From Candidatus Uhrbacteria bacterium (GTDB lineage: Bacteria; Patescibacteriota; Patescibacteriia; UBA9934; UBA10169): 64,000 bases of DNA. The stretch lies in the NCBI GenBank assembly GCA_016187485.1, contig JACPJO010000005.1, positions 226,385-290,384 on the forward strand, given 5' to 3'. The notes under the pieces were generated by a model. That model saw only the letters and a list, made by a program, of their open reading frames with translations. It did not search any database and was not told where the DNA came from. The position numbers and the translations under genes are program-made. This document shows positions 7,634-15,700 of the stretch, one piece after another. Each line of letters opens with the position of its first letter. The stretch's first letter is position 1.

Positions 7634-9351
7634 TCCAGATAGCACGGCCTGCAATAGATCGTTCTCTTCCGGTACGTCTGGTTAATTGTTACAAGCAGGG
7701 CCTTCGCGCACTTGCCACACGTCGTTTCTTTCCATACCTCGGAGTTTGCTTCCCTCCAGAAAGAGTAGACGCGGTCAATGAAATGACTCGTGGGAGGCGC
7801 AAGACGGTGCTTGCGGTAGAAATCAAGCTCGGGTTTGAGGTAGGAAAAACGTCGTTTGATGTTCGCGTCGTAGATCGGAACACCAAGCCAGTCCTCATCC
7901 TTCATGTCGTCAATGCAATCCGGAACGTCGTTTGTGCTACGTAACTTGCTCTCGTCAATCTCTCCAACAGCACCACCTGACTCCGGCTCAAAATCCAAAG
8001 GATGAAAGTCCTCGTTCCTTGCTGCCGTTTCCGGATACTGCACAACACCACCGTCCGGCCAGTAACCGACGAAAAAGCTCGCGGGAAAAAACATCCCATA
8101 CTCCCCTCGCTCAAGCATCGCCACTTTCACTTCGTCAAGTTTGGCGTAGTACTCCTCTTCCGTGTACTGCTTGTTGAAAAGGCAAAATCGTTTTCGCTGA
8201 AGTCCGAAGCATCCAAAACAATCTTCACAGTTGTAACAGTAGTAACAATACTCGACGCTCTGGCAATCCTGAATAGAGTACGAAAACGCACACTTCGCGC
8301 AGCGTGGGGCGATATTGCAAAGATAGATCTCACTCGCACTCATCGGTGCGCCAGAGAACGCACAGGCAGAACACTCCCCGTACGGATAGGAGACGTGATA
8401 GAGGTCTCGATACGGACCGTTCATGCCAGCAAAGACGAACTTGCAGTCCACGGCGTTAACCATGTACTCACCGATGACATCGGTACATTTTTCATTAAAG
8501 TTCTCTGGCCATACTGTATTCCTTTCCATGAGATCAAGGAATCGCGCCTTGTATTTCTCGAGTTCCGACCGTCGAGAGAGATCAACTTCCGCAAGGCGTT
8601 TTTCGTACTCGCTTTTTGAGAGTTGCTCATTGAACCAGAGGTACTGTTTATTGCGCTTGTTCGTTGCTCCAAAACATTTTTGGCAGTTGCGGCAGTCAAA
8701 AAGAAAGAGTGAATCGATGCAATCAAAACAGATGTGCGCAAACTTACAGTTGTGCATGCGGTGAGACTGCAAGATACGAAACGAGGAACTTATATTACTC
8801 CCGGCCGATGACTCGGCTGAATCTTCGAGCATGTAGGTATCGGTACTGTAAAAACTGTTCTTCGACTTGCACGCGCAGACGAAGTAACTGTTCACGTCAC
8901 CGATGGAGGAGATCGTAATGGAGTTGTGCGGCTGTTCGATGTTGCGCGAGGCAGGATAAGGGATTTTCAGCTGAAGCTCGCGCATCTGTTCAAAGAAGGA
9001 ACGCTCGAGATGGATAACGTCCTGAACAATGTGTGAAAAGTCTTCCCCAAACCATTCCTCGTCAGGAAGCGTCTGCAAACCGGTGGACGGATGGACCGTC
9101 GAGACAAACCGCTTCCCTGTCTTTGGGTGCGTGCGATACCAAAATTGATACATCTCAAAATACCCTACGACTTCTTTCATCCTCGTTTCCGGCGACCACG
9201 GATGCGGTGGCACATTGAACTTCTTGTACCACCCAATTTCCTCCTCCGTCATCTCCCATTTCTCCCCCGTCAACGCACAAACTCGCTCGCCTGGTTGTAC
9301 AGTATCGAGAATCGCTTTTACTTTGGCATCGTAGTTGGGAGTTTTGCTCAC
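7612..9351 (-). CDS. Cys-rich protein of unknown function, paralog A (579 aa, GTG start)
   Basis: Same architecture as paralog B (DCRNCQKCFGATNKRN..., CYYCYNCEDCFGCFGL, C-terminal CGKCAK...CRPCY). The first ~40 codons and the 5' leader are about 85% identical at DNA level to paralog B. Confidence 0.6.
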   Translation of the reverse strand: MSKTPNYDAKVKAILDTVQPGERVCALTGEKWEMTEEEIGWYKKFNVPPHPWSPETRMKEVVGYFEMYQFWYRTHPKTGKRFVSTVHPSTGLQTLPDEEWFGEDFSHIVQDVIHLERSFFEQMRELQLKIPYPASRNIEQPHNSITISSIGDVNSYFVCACKSKNSFYSTDTYMLEDSAESSAGSNISSSFRILQSHRMHNCKFAHICFDCIDSLFLFDCRNCQKCFGATNKRNKQYLWFNEQLSKSEYEKRLAEVDLSRRSELEKYKARFLDLMERNTVWPENFNEKCTDVIGEYMVNAVDCKFVFAGMNGPYRDLYHVSYPYGECSACAFSGAPMSASEIYLCNIAPRCAKCAFSYSIQDCQSVEYCYYCYNCEDCFGCFGLQRKRFCLFNKQYTEEEYYAKLDEVKVAMLERGEYGMFFPASFFVGYWPDGGVVQYPETAARNEDFHPLDFEPESGGAVGEIDESKLRSTNDVPDCIDDMKDEDWLGVPIYDANIKRRFSYLKPELDFYRKHRLAPPTSHFIDRVYSFWREANSEVWKETTCGKCAKALLVTINQTYRKRTIYCRPCYLEYLEKNS

Positions 9352-9414
9352 AAAGTAACTATTCGCCTATTCGCGCGAATTAGAGAAGACGGTTAGCCGT
9401 TCTGTTCGAGATAC
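9352..9414 (-). repeat. junction/leader repeat copy 3 (contains the perfect palindrome attcgcgcgaat)
   Basis: gtaactattcgcctattcgcgcgaattagag...ttctgttcgagatac immediately upstream of the paralog A start. Confidence 0.7.
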
Positions 9415-9461
9415 GCGAGATAGAAAGTATGAAACAGAATACGCCTATCTTGGCTTACGCA
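9393..9461 (-). pseudogene. relic C-terminal fragment of a third Cys-rich paralog
   Basis: Minus-strand frame gives (TGA stop) CVSQDRRILFHTFYLAYLEQNG*; compare the paralog B end CRRYPNRRILCRDCYLAYLEKNG*. No upstream body is present. Confidence 0.55.
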
Positions 9462-9483
9462 TCAATTTCTGGAGAAAAGTCTC

Positions 9484-10917
9484 TCATTTTAGTTCCCTCG
9501 CCGCTTTGGCAAATGCCTCGCCGAGTTGTTTAGCAGCTGACGTATCGCTGTAGCCCAACGCCGGAGAGAAAATGACAGCATCGGCACTTGTGGCCGCCTG
9601 ACTCGCCGTCACAACGGCATCTGGCATATTTTCTGCACGCAGTATTTTGACCTCCTCAGTTTTTCCCATCACATGCTCAAACGCATCGCTCCCCGCTCCC
9701 GGCAACAAGACAACACTCTTACACACCAGCTTGCACACCTTTGCGAGCTCGTCGAGGTTCCCTTCCTTTACGTCTCCACCGGAAATCAAATGAATCGAAC
9801 GCCCGCGTTCGCCAAATCGGCGCAGAACATTTGTCGTCGCTTCGGCCGAGGACCCAAGCGCATCGTTCACATAGATCACCCCCGACACATCAGTGACAAT
9901 CTCTTGGCGATCATCTTCAGAAGAAAACGCTTTCACAACTTCCGCGCAAGATGCATTCTCCACGCTGTAAAGTTTTGCAACCGCAATCGCCGCAAGCACA
10001 TTACGCACATTATCGTCGCCTTCGAGATGAATGTTAGAGACAGGCATGATGATGTCATTCAAAGAGGTGACGTTCCCATCCTTCACACACACCCCCTCCT
10101 TCCCTTCCAGCAGTAAGAGCGAAAACCAAACGACGCGTCCTGGTGCTTTCTCTGCTAATCCTCTTACTTGATCTTGATCAGCATTCAACACGGCAATGCC
10201 ATCCTTTCCCCCTTTTGCAAACACCCCAACCTTTGATGCCGCATACGCCTCCATCGACGCATAGCGATGTAAGTGATCGGCATACATGTTGGTCAACACC
10301 CCGACCTCTGGCCCACGATCAAGATGATCGAGACTCTCAAGCAACCAGGACGACAACTCAAGCACAATCGGCGCGGGTTCTTTCCATGCAAGAATCTCGT
10401 CCAAATATTCAAGTGGCGACACGCGCATGTTTCCCGCCACAATCGTTTGAGGATTCTTCTTTTTTAGAAGTTCGCCGATCAATGCCGTCGTGGTCGTCTT
10501 GCCACGCGCCCCGGTAACACCGATCACCGGATACGGACAAAACTGAAAAAATAAACTCACATCTGATTCCACCGGCACCCTATGCGCATACGCCATCTTC
10601 ACCCACGGCGAATCATGCGGCACATCGGGATTCGTGATGACAAGCGCCACATCCGTGAAATCCTCTTCACGATGTTCGCCCAGCACAAAAATCGGGTGGT
10701 ACAACTCCCGGTCGGGAAGTGTTTGGCGATATTCTTCAAACCACCGTGTAACTTCATCCACCGATTCACGAAGCTCCTCGTTCGTTCGATGATCGGTAAT
10801 CACCACTTGCGCGCCATGACGGATGAGCCACTTTGTTGCGCCTACGCCGCTTCCGCGTTTTAAGCGACCAAGCCCCATGACCGTCACAACAGCATCTTGA
10901 ATATTGGAGACCTCCAT
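9484..10917 (-). CDS. murD: UDP-N-acetylmuramoylalanine--D-glutamate ligase (MurD)
   Basis: Start placed at MEVSNIQDAVVTVMGLGRLKRGSGVGATKWL (MurD N-terminal Rossmann-like domain); Mur ligase P-loop GVTGARGKTTTTALIG. The track's N-terminal extension overlaps the upstream GT2 gene. Confidence 0.75.
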   Translation of the reverse strand: MEVSNIQDAVVTVMGLGRLKRGSGVGATKWLIRHGAQVVITDHRTNEELRESVDEVTRWFEEYRQTLPDRELYHPIFVLGEHREEDFTDVALVITNPDVPHDSPWVKMAYAHRVPVESDVSLFFQFCPYPVIGVTGARGKTTTTALIGELLKKKNPQTIVAGNMRVSPLEYLDEILAWKEPAPIVLELSSWLLESLDHLDRGPEVGVLTNMYADHLHRYASMEAYAASKVGVFAKGGKDGIAVLNADQDQVRGLAEKAPGRVVWFSLLLLEGKEGVCVKDGNVTSLNDIIMPVSNIHLEGDDNVRNVLAAIAVAKLYSVENASCAEVVKAFSSEDDRQEIVTDVSGVIYVNDALGSSAEATTNVLRRFGERGRSIHLISGGDVKEGNLDELAKVCKLVCKSVVLLPGAGSDAFEHVMGKTEEVKILRAENMPDAVVTASQAATSADAVIFSPALGYSDTSAAKQLGEAFAKAARELK

Positions 10918-10931
10918 AAAACAGAAGCATT

Positions 10932-11576
10932 TTACCTCTTGTGCCAAGAAGATGCCACCAACGCTCCGGCCACTTGGCCCCACATGCGCACATACTGCCA
11001 TAGTCCGCGCCGCCACCCGACCTTCGCCACTTTTGTCCGGATACGCACACCCGTAAGGAGAATCGCTTGTATTCTCCCTCCTTTTTCCCGACATAATGCG
11101 TTGAGAGCAATCTCCACACGATACCCCGAGAGCTGTCCAGACGGGCACGAGAGGAAAAGGGTGCGCGACAGACATCGTTCCCCGCTCACAAGGGGGAGAA
11201 GACGCATAAGCGCAACCAGCAAGGCTCCGCGATCCCGGAGCCCCACACTCATCACGGCTTGCCCTCGCTCCACGGGCTCAAAAAGTTTTTGCACGTGTTC
11301 ATGGGTGATACCGTAGATATCCGCATCCAAAAACATGACAAATGCCGTGTGCGCTGCCTCGACCCCCACACACATGGCGTGTCCCTTTCCTCCGCGGGCC
11401 AAAAGCTCAATCACGCGGGCGCCAGCCATATGAGCCCTTTGCACTGTCCTGTCCGTTGAACCATCCGAGACAACTAAAACTTCCTCCACAAGCGGAGCAT
11501 TCTTTACTGCCGCCGCAACATCCCCAACGGTAGCTTCTTCATTGTAGGCAGGAATGACGATGGTGAGAGATTTCAT
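10932..11576 (-). CDS. family 2 glycosyltransferase
   Basis: MKSLTIVIPAYNEEATVGDV...VVSDGSTDRT...FLDADI: the GT-A fold DxD region. Confidence 0.7.
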   Translation of the reverse strand: MKSLTIVIPAYNEEATVGDVAAAVKNAPLVEEVLVVSDGSTDRTVQRAHMAGARVIELLARGGKGHAMCVGVEAAHTAFVMFLDADIYGITHEHVQKLFEPVERGQAVMSVGLRDRGALLVALMRLLPLVSGERCLSRTLFLSCPSGQLSGYRVEIALNALCREKGGRIQAILLTGVRIRTKVAKVGWRRGLWQYVRMWGQVAGALVASSWHKR

Positions 11577-14197
11577 ACAGCGAGCGGTTTGGTAAGCGGG
11601 CGACGAAAAACCCGCATACCCCACTTATAGCACTCCACAAGAGCAAGCTCCGCAATAATAATCCCGCCGATCCACGCAAGGTGTACGGGCACTGGCAGAA
11701 CAAAACCAAACACGGGGAAAAACACCGGCAGAAAAGCAACGGCCGTCAGTGCAACACCGATAAGAAAAGAGAGATTGAGCAAGCGATTCGTGAAGAAACC
11801 ATCTTGCCATAACGTTGTGCGCGAACGCCGCAAAGGAAATGCTAAAGCGAGCGTTTGAAGTGAGACGAGCACAAAAATGACGGAACGTGCAGACGAAACT
11901 TCTGTTCCAAACGAGAGAAGAATAGCGTAAAGGATAAAAGGGATCGCAGAGAGAACAAGACCGAGACCAAAGACAAGCCCACGCATCTGCACATCGACAA
12001 TAGGCGTGCGACGGGGGCGCGGGGACTCCTCCATTACCCTTGCTTCTGCCGGATCAATCGTGAGCGCCAACGCAGGCGCAGAATCCGTGAGAAGGTTGAT
12101 ATAGAGAATGGGGGCTGCCAGCAACGGAGCAGGTAGCTTTGTAAAAATAGAAAGGATCACAAGGATCATTTCCGTCCAACTTGTAAGCAGGAGGAAGCTT
12201 ACAATCTTGCGGATATTTTCAAACATCGTCCTTCCCTCCTCGATCGCGGCAACAATCGTCTCCAAGTTGTTGTCGAGCAACACCATGTCTGCCGCTTCCT
12301 TTGCCACCTGCGAACCCGTGCCGAGCGCCACCCCCACATCCGCAGCCGCAAGTGCCGGCGCATCATTGACGCCATCGCCCGTCATGGCTACGACGCCGCC
12401 GTTGGTCTGCCACGCCCGCACAATACGCACCTTATGTTCCGGCAGAACACGCGCAAACACATCCACAGAAATGATGTGTTCCGCCAGCTCACGATCCGTC
12501 ATGCGGTCAACCTCTGTGCCAACAAGCACGCGCGGAACAGCGGCAAGGCGAATTTCTTTCGCTATTGTCTCGGCAGTTTCAGGATGGTCGCCCGTAATCA
12601 TTACCGTGCGTACACCGGCGGCACGCGCCCGTGCAATAGTGTCCGCCGCGGTTGCCCGCACCGGGTCGTGAAGCGCTATCCAACCGACAAACACACATTG
12701 ATCAAGCGTGAGAGAATCCAAACTTTTTTCCCCGTCGGCGGGCATAAAAGCAATGCCAAGCACGCGCAGCCCACGCCGTGTTTGTTCCCCGGCTTTGTGG
12801 AGAAATTGCTCACGCTGCTCGGGCGAAAGCATCTCCACTCCCCCTACTCCCAATGTACGCGAACACATACCAAGCACATGCTCTACCGCCCCTTTCACCA
12901 GCACTTCGTGAGAACCTTCCATATTTTCTGTAAGTACCACCATGTACTTGCGCGCAGAATCGAAGGGGATCTCATCTGCCCGATGATGCCGTTGCCGAAG
13001 ATCATCCACTTTGTATCCAAGATCTTTTCCTAGAAGTAACAGCGCCGTCTCGGTAGGCGATCCAAGTTCGGGAGACGTCGCGTCATTGCAGATCATGCCG
13101 ACTTCGATCATCTTGCGGCGCGCATGAGACATGCCGGCCTGGGAAAGCGCCGAGACTTCCGCGGGACCTTCCTGTGTCATGAGTACGGATGCGCGCATCT
13201 TTGCCTCGGTGATCGTTCCTGTCTTGTCGGCACAAATCACGCTCACGCTCCCGAGAGTCTCGGTGGCAATAAGCCGTCGGACAAGAGCCTTGCGCCCCAG
13301 CATGCGACGCATGCCCACGGCCAGAACAACGGTCACGGCCACAAGAAGCCCCTCGGGAATTGCGGCGACCGCGAGCGCTACGGCGAGAAAAAACATGTCC
13401 GACACTGTCGTGCCACTCGCCCATCCCACAAAAAAGATGAGAACAGAAAGGGATAAGAAAAGCACAGACAGAAACCGCCCGAGCTGACGCAGTTCTCTTT
13501 GAAGCGGCGTCTCTGGTTCCCGAGCTTCTCCCACCATTTTTGCAATCCGGCCGATCTCGGTATCCTTGCCCGTCGCCGTCACCACCACTTCGGCGCGACC
13601 CGCCACAATCAGAGTGCCCGCGTAGAGCATATTTGTCCGTTCAGCAAGCGGCGTCTCAAGAGAAAGCGCCCCTGTCGCCTTTGCTACCGGAAGGGACTCT
13701 CCGGTAAGCGGCGCTTCGTCCGCTTCCAAATGCTCCGCGCGCAACAGCCGCGCATCCGCCGGTACGCGATCTCCAAGCCCGAGCAATACAACATCACCGG
13801 GAACAACCTGCATCGTCTCGATTTCCTGTGCTTCACCAGCACGCCGCACGCGACACGTTTGCACGAAAAAGTTCTGTAACTCTTCAAGCGCATGGTTGGC
13901 TTTGTACTCCTGCAAGAATCCAACAGTGACATTAACCAGAGCAGCGCCAACGATAAAAAAGGCATCGACCAGATCTCCCACAAACACGCTTGCCACCGCC
14001 GCAAGAAGGAGGATTCCCATGAGAGGGCTCTTCGTCTGGCGGAGAAGAATAGTGACCGACCCTGCAGGTTTCTTGCGGGGCAAAGTGTTGAGTCCGTGTG
14101 TATGCAGACGCTCGGTGGCTTCGTCTGCGGAAAGGCCAGTTGCGCGCCCACGAAGACGTTCGAGCACATGCATTTCGGATGTCGTATGAAACAACAT
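11573..14197 (-). CDS. P-type cation-transporting ATPase (type II, Ca2+/Mg2+-like)
   Basis: DKTGTIT phosphorylation motif, MITGDHPETA, GDGVNDAPAL, N-terminal cation-ATPase domain, about 10 TM helices. Confidence 0.85.
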   Translation of the reverse strand: MLFHTTSEMHVLERLRGRATGLSADEATERLHTHGLNTLPRKKPAGSVTILLRQTKSPLMGILLLAAVASVFVGDLVDAFFIVGAALVNVTVGFLQEYKANHALEELQNFFVQTCRVRRAGEAQEIETMQVVPGDVVLLGLGDRVPADARLLRAEHLEADEAPLTGESLPVAKATGALSLETPLAERTNMLYAGTLIVAGRAEVVVTATGKDTEIGRIAKMVGEAREPETPLQRELRQLGRFLSVLFLSLSVLIFFVGWASGTTVSDMFFLAVALAVAAIPEGLLVAVTVVLAVGMRRMLGRKALVRRLIATETLGSVSVICADKTGTITEAKMRASVLMTQEGPAEVSALSQAGMSHARRKMIEVGMICNDATSPELGSPTETALLLLGKDLGYKVDDLRQRHHRADEIPFDSARKYMVVLTENMEGSHEVLVKGAVEHVLGMCSRTLGVGGVEMLSPEQREQFLHKAGEQTRRGLRVLGIAFMPADGEKSLDSLTLDQCVFVGWIALHDPVRATAADTIARARAAGVRTVMITGDHPETAETIAKEIRLAAVPRVLVGTEVDRMTDRELAEHIISVDVFARVLPEHKVRIVRAWQTNGGVVAMTGDGVNDAPALAAADVGVALGTGSQVAKEAADMVLLDNNLETIVAAIEEGRTMFENIRKIVSFLLLTSWTEMILVILSIFTKLPAPLLAAPILYINLLTDSAPALALTIDPAEARVMEESPRPRRTPIVDVQMRGLVFGLGLVLSAIPFILYAILLSFGTEVSSARSVIFVLVSLQTLALAFPLRRSRTTLWQDGFFTNRLLNLSFLIGVALTAVAFLPVFFPVFGFVLPVPVHLAWIGGIIIAELALVECYKWGMRVFRRPLTKPLAV

Positions 14198-14202
14198 ACA
14201 CC

Positions 14203-15330
14203 TCAGTGACGCACCGTGCGGTACACCTCCTCTGTCTCTTTCACAATATTTTCCCAGTGAAAATACGCGCGGACCGTCGCACGAGAACGCGCACGCGCTG
14301 ACTCAAGTTCGTGCGGGTGGCGCAACAGATGGAGAAGCTTGTCTTTCAAATCATCCACGTTTTTATTCGCAAAAGAAAATCCCGCATGGTGCATAGCTTC
14401 AAGATTCTCCGGAATATCACTCACAAGAACAGGAAGCCCGTAACTCATGGCCTCAAGCACCACAAGCGGGAGCCCCTCTGCGGAGGAAGGGTGCACGTAA
14501 AGAGCTGCGTGCGCAAAAAGTTCTGCAAGCGATTCCCCTTCTTGAAAGCCTAAAAAATGAATTTGACTATCTCCGCCGGCGCGAAATTTAAGATCGTGCA
14601 TGTACGCGTCGGTAAAACTCGGAGCCCCCACAAATACGAGGTCTGGGAGCGCATGTCCCTCCTGTTTCAGTGCGCGATAAGCATCAATAAGAACGTGTAT
14701 GCCCTTGTGCGGCACCATCCGACCCACTTGCAGAAGATAATGGCGCGGACGAAGGCCGAAGCGCGTGACCCACGCGTCACTCGTCACCGTACGTTCAACA
14801 GCTCCGTTTGGAATATAAATGACTTCGCGCCCAAAACGTTCCCGGCAAAAGACTTGAATCGTATGACTCACGGCAATACACGCATGGGGAAATCTTACCG
14901 CAGCCCACTCGCCAAAATACAAATACCAACGTGCGAAAAAACTCCATTTGGCATGAAAACGATCTTGGGAGTGAAACGTCACGATAATTTTTGTGTGATG
15001 TAAAAAAATCCGTGGAATCCAGGCAAGCGTCGCCGGACCTACGCCGTGGTAGTGGATAATGTCGTAGGATCCAAAGAGTGCGTGCGCGGTCGCCAAAAAG
15101 GAATGAACAATAGCTTCAAGATTTTTTCGATAAAGCGTGGGAAGATACACCATATACACACCCTCCACGCGTGTCCCCTTCTGCTCCATGTATCGCCGAC
15201 GCGCATAGACAAATACGTCATGTTTCCCTCCACGCGCAAGCCGCGTCGCCACCGCCTCCACATGCGTTTCAATGCCTCCGCCGCGCGCGCCAGTCTGGAT
15301 CCCTTTTTGTCCAATCATCGCAATGCGCAT
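14203..15330 (-). CDS. family 4 glycosyltransferase
   Basis: GT-B fold; C-terminal EGLPLVVLEAMSYGLPVLVSDIPE motif. Confidence 0.75.
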   Translation of the reverse strand: MRIAMIGQKGIQTGARGGGIETHVEAVATRLARGGKHDVFVYARRRYMEQKGTRVEGVYMVYLPTLYRKNLEAIVHSFLATAHALFGSYDIIHYHGVGPATLAWIPRIFLHHTKIIVTFHSQDRFHAKWSFFARWYLYFGEWAAVRFPHACIAVSHTIQVFCRERFGREVIYIPNGAVERTVTSDAWVTRFGLRPRHYLLQVGRMVPHKGIHVLIDAYRALKQEGHALPDLVFVGAPSFTDAYMHDLKFRAGGDSQIHFLGFQEGESLAELFAHAALYVHPSSAEGLPLVVLEAMSYGLPVLVSDIPENLEAMHHAGFSFANKNVDDLKDKLLHLLRHPHELESARARSRATVRAYFHWENIVKETEEVYRTVRH

Positions 15331-15351
15331 AATACGGCATTGTAGCGTGGG

Positions 15352-15391
15352 TTAAAAAAAAAGAACACCCCGCACACGCGGGGGTTCTTTT
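15352..15391 (-). terminator. Rho-independent terminator (GC stem ccccgc/gcgggg with a T-run on the minus strand; bidirectional in appearance)
   Basis: Minus-strand reading aagaacccccgcgtgtgcggggtgttcttttttttt. Confidence 0.55.
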
Positions 15392-15518
15392 ACTCTTCGT
15401 CTGCATCGTCTGCCGTATCATCCGCGGAGTCTTCACCCTCATCGGCGTCGAGATCCACTTCCTTCTCGTCGCTTTCGGTGGACTCCATGTCGTCGTTTGG
15501 CATGATGTCGTCGTCCAT
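15390..15518 (-). CDS. possible 42-aa highly acidic small protein (or the body of a small RNA)
   Basis: MDDDIMPNDDMESTESDEKEVDLDADEGEDSADDTADDADEE*, lying between its own TTGCCT-N16-TATAAT promoter and a strong terminator; below the ORF-track length cutoff. Confidence 0.25.
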   Translation of the reverse strand: MDDDIMPNDDMESTESDEKEVDLDADEGEDSADDTADDADEE

Positions 15519-15552
15519 AGGGGCGGCCAACCTTATGAATTAGATGGAGCGT

Positions 15553-15580
15553 ATTATACTAAGCATAGAACGGAAGGCAA
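15553..15580 (-). promoter_or_regulatory. sigma70-like promoter (TTGCCT-N16-TATAAT) driving the small acidic ORF / sRNA unit
   Basis: Minus-strand ttgccttccgttctatgcttagtataat. Confidence 0.45.
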
Positions 15581-15625
15581 GTATCTTGTCAAGAGATAGA
15601 AAAATTGGTACGCTCTGACCCGTAT

Positions 15626-15700
15626 GCGCCGGTAGCTCAGTGGTAGAGCAGGAGCCTTTTAAGCTCAAGGTCGAGGGTCCGATCCCCTCCCGGCGCACCA
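15626..15700 (+). tRNA. tRNA-Lys (anticodon UUU)
   Basis: GCGCCGGTAGCTCAGTGGTAGAGCAGGAGCCTTTTAAGCTCAAGGTCGAGGGTCCGATCCCCTCCCGGCGCACCA: canonical cloverleaf, anticodon loop CTTTTAA, encoded CCA. Confidence 0.85.

Noticed and set aside
4947-9414. Repeated ~58-nt motif considered as a CRISPR array
   Set aside because: Only three copies, spaced about 1.8 kb apart with whole genes between them, and no cas genes; the copies are junction/leader repeats of a duplicated gene family.
11573-14197. The P-type ATPase considered as a heavy-metal (Cu/Zn) exporter, possibly linked to the MopE-like protein
   Set aside because: It has no N-terminal CxxC metal-binding domain and no CPC/CPx transmembrane motif. 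The N-terminal cation-ATPase domain and overall layout fit type II (Ca2+/Mg2+-like) pumps instead.
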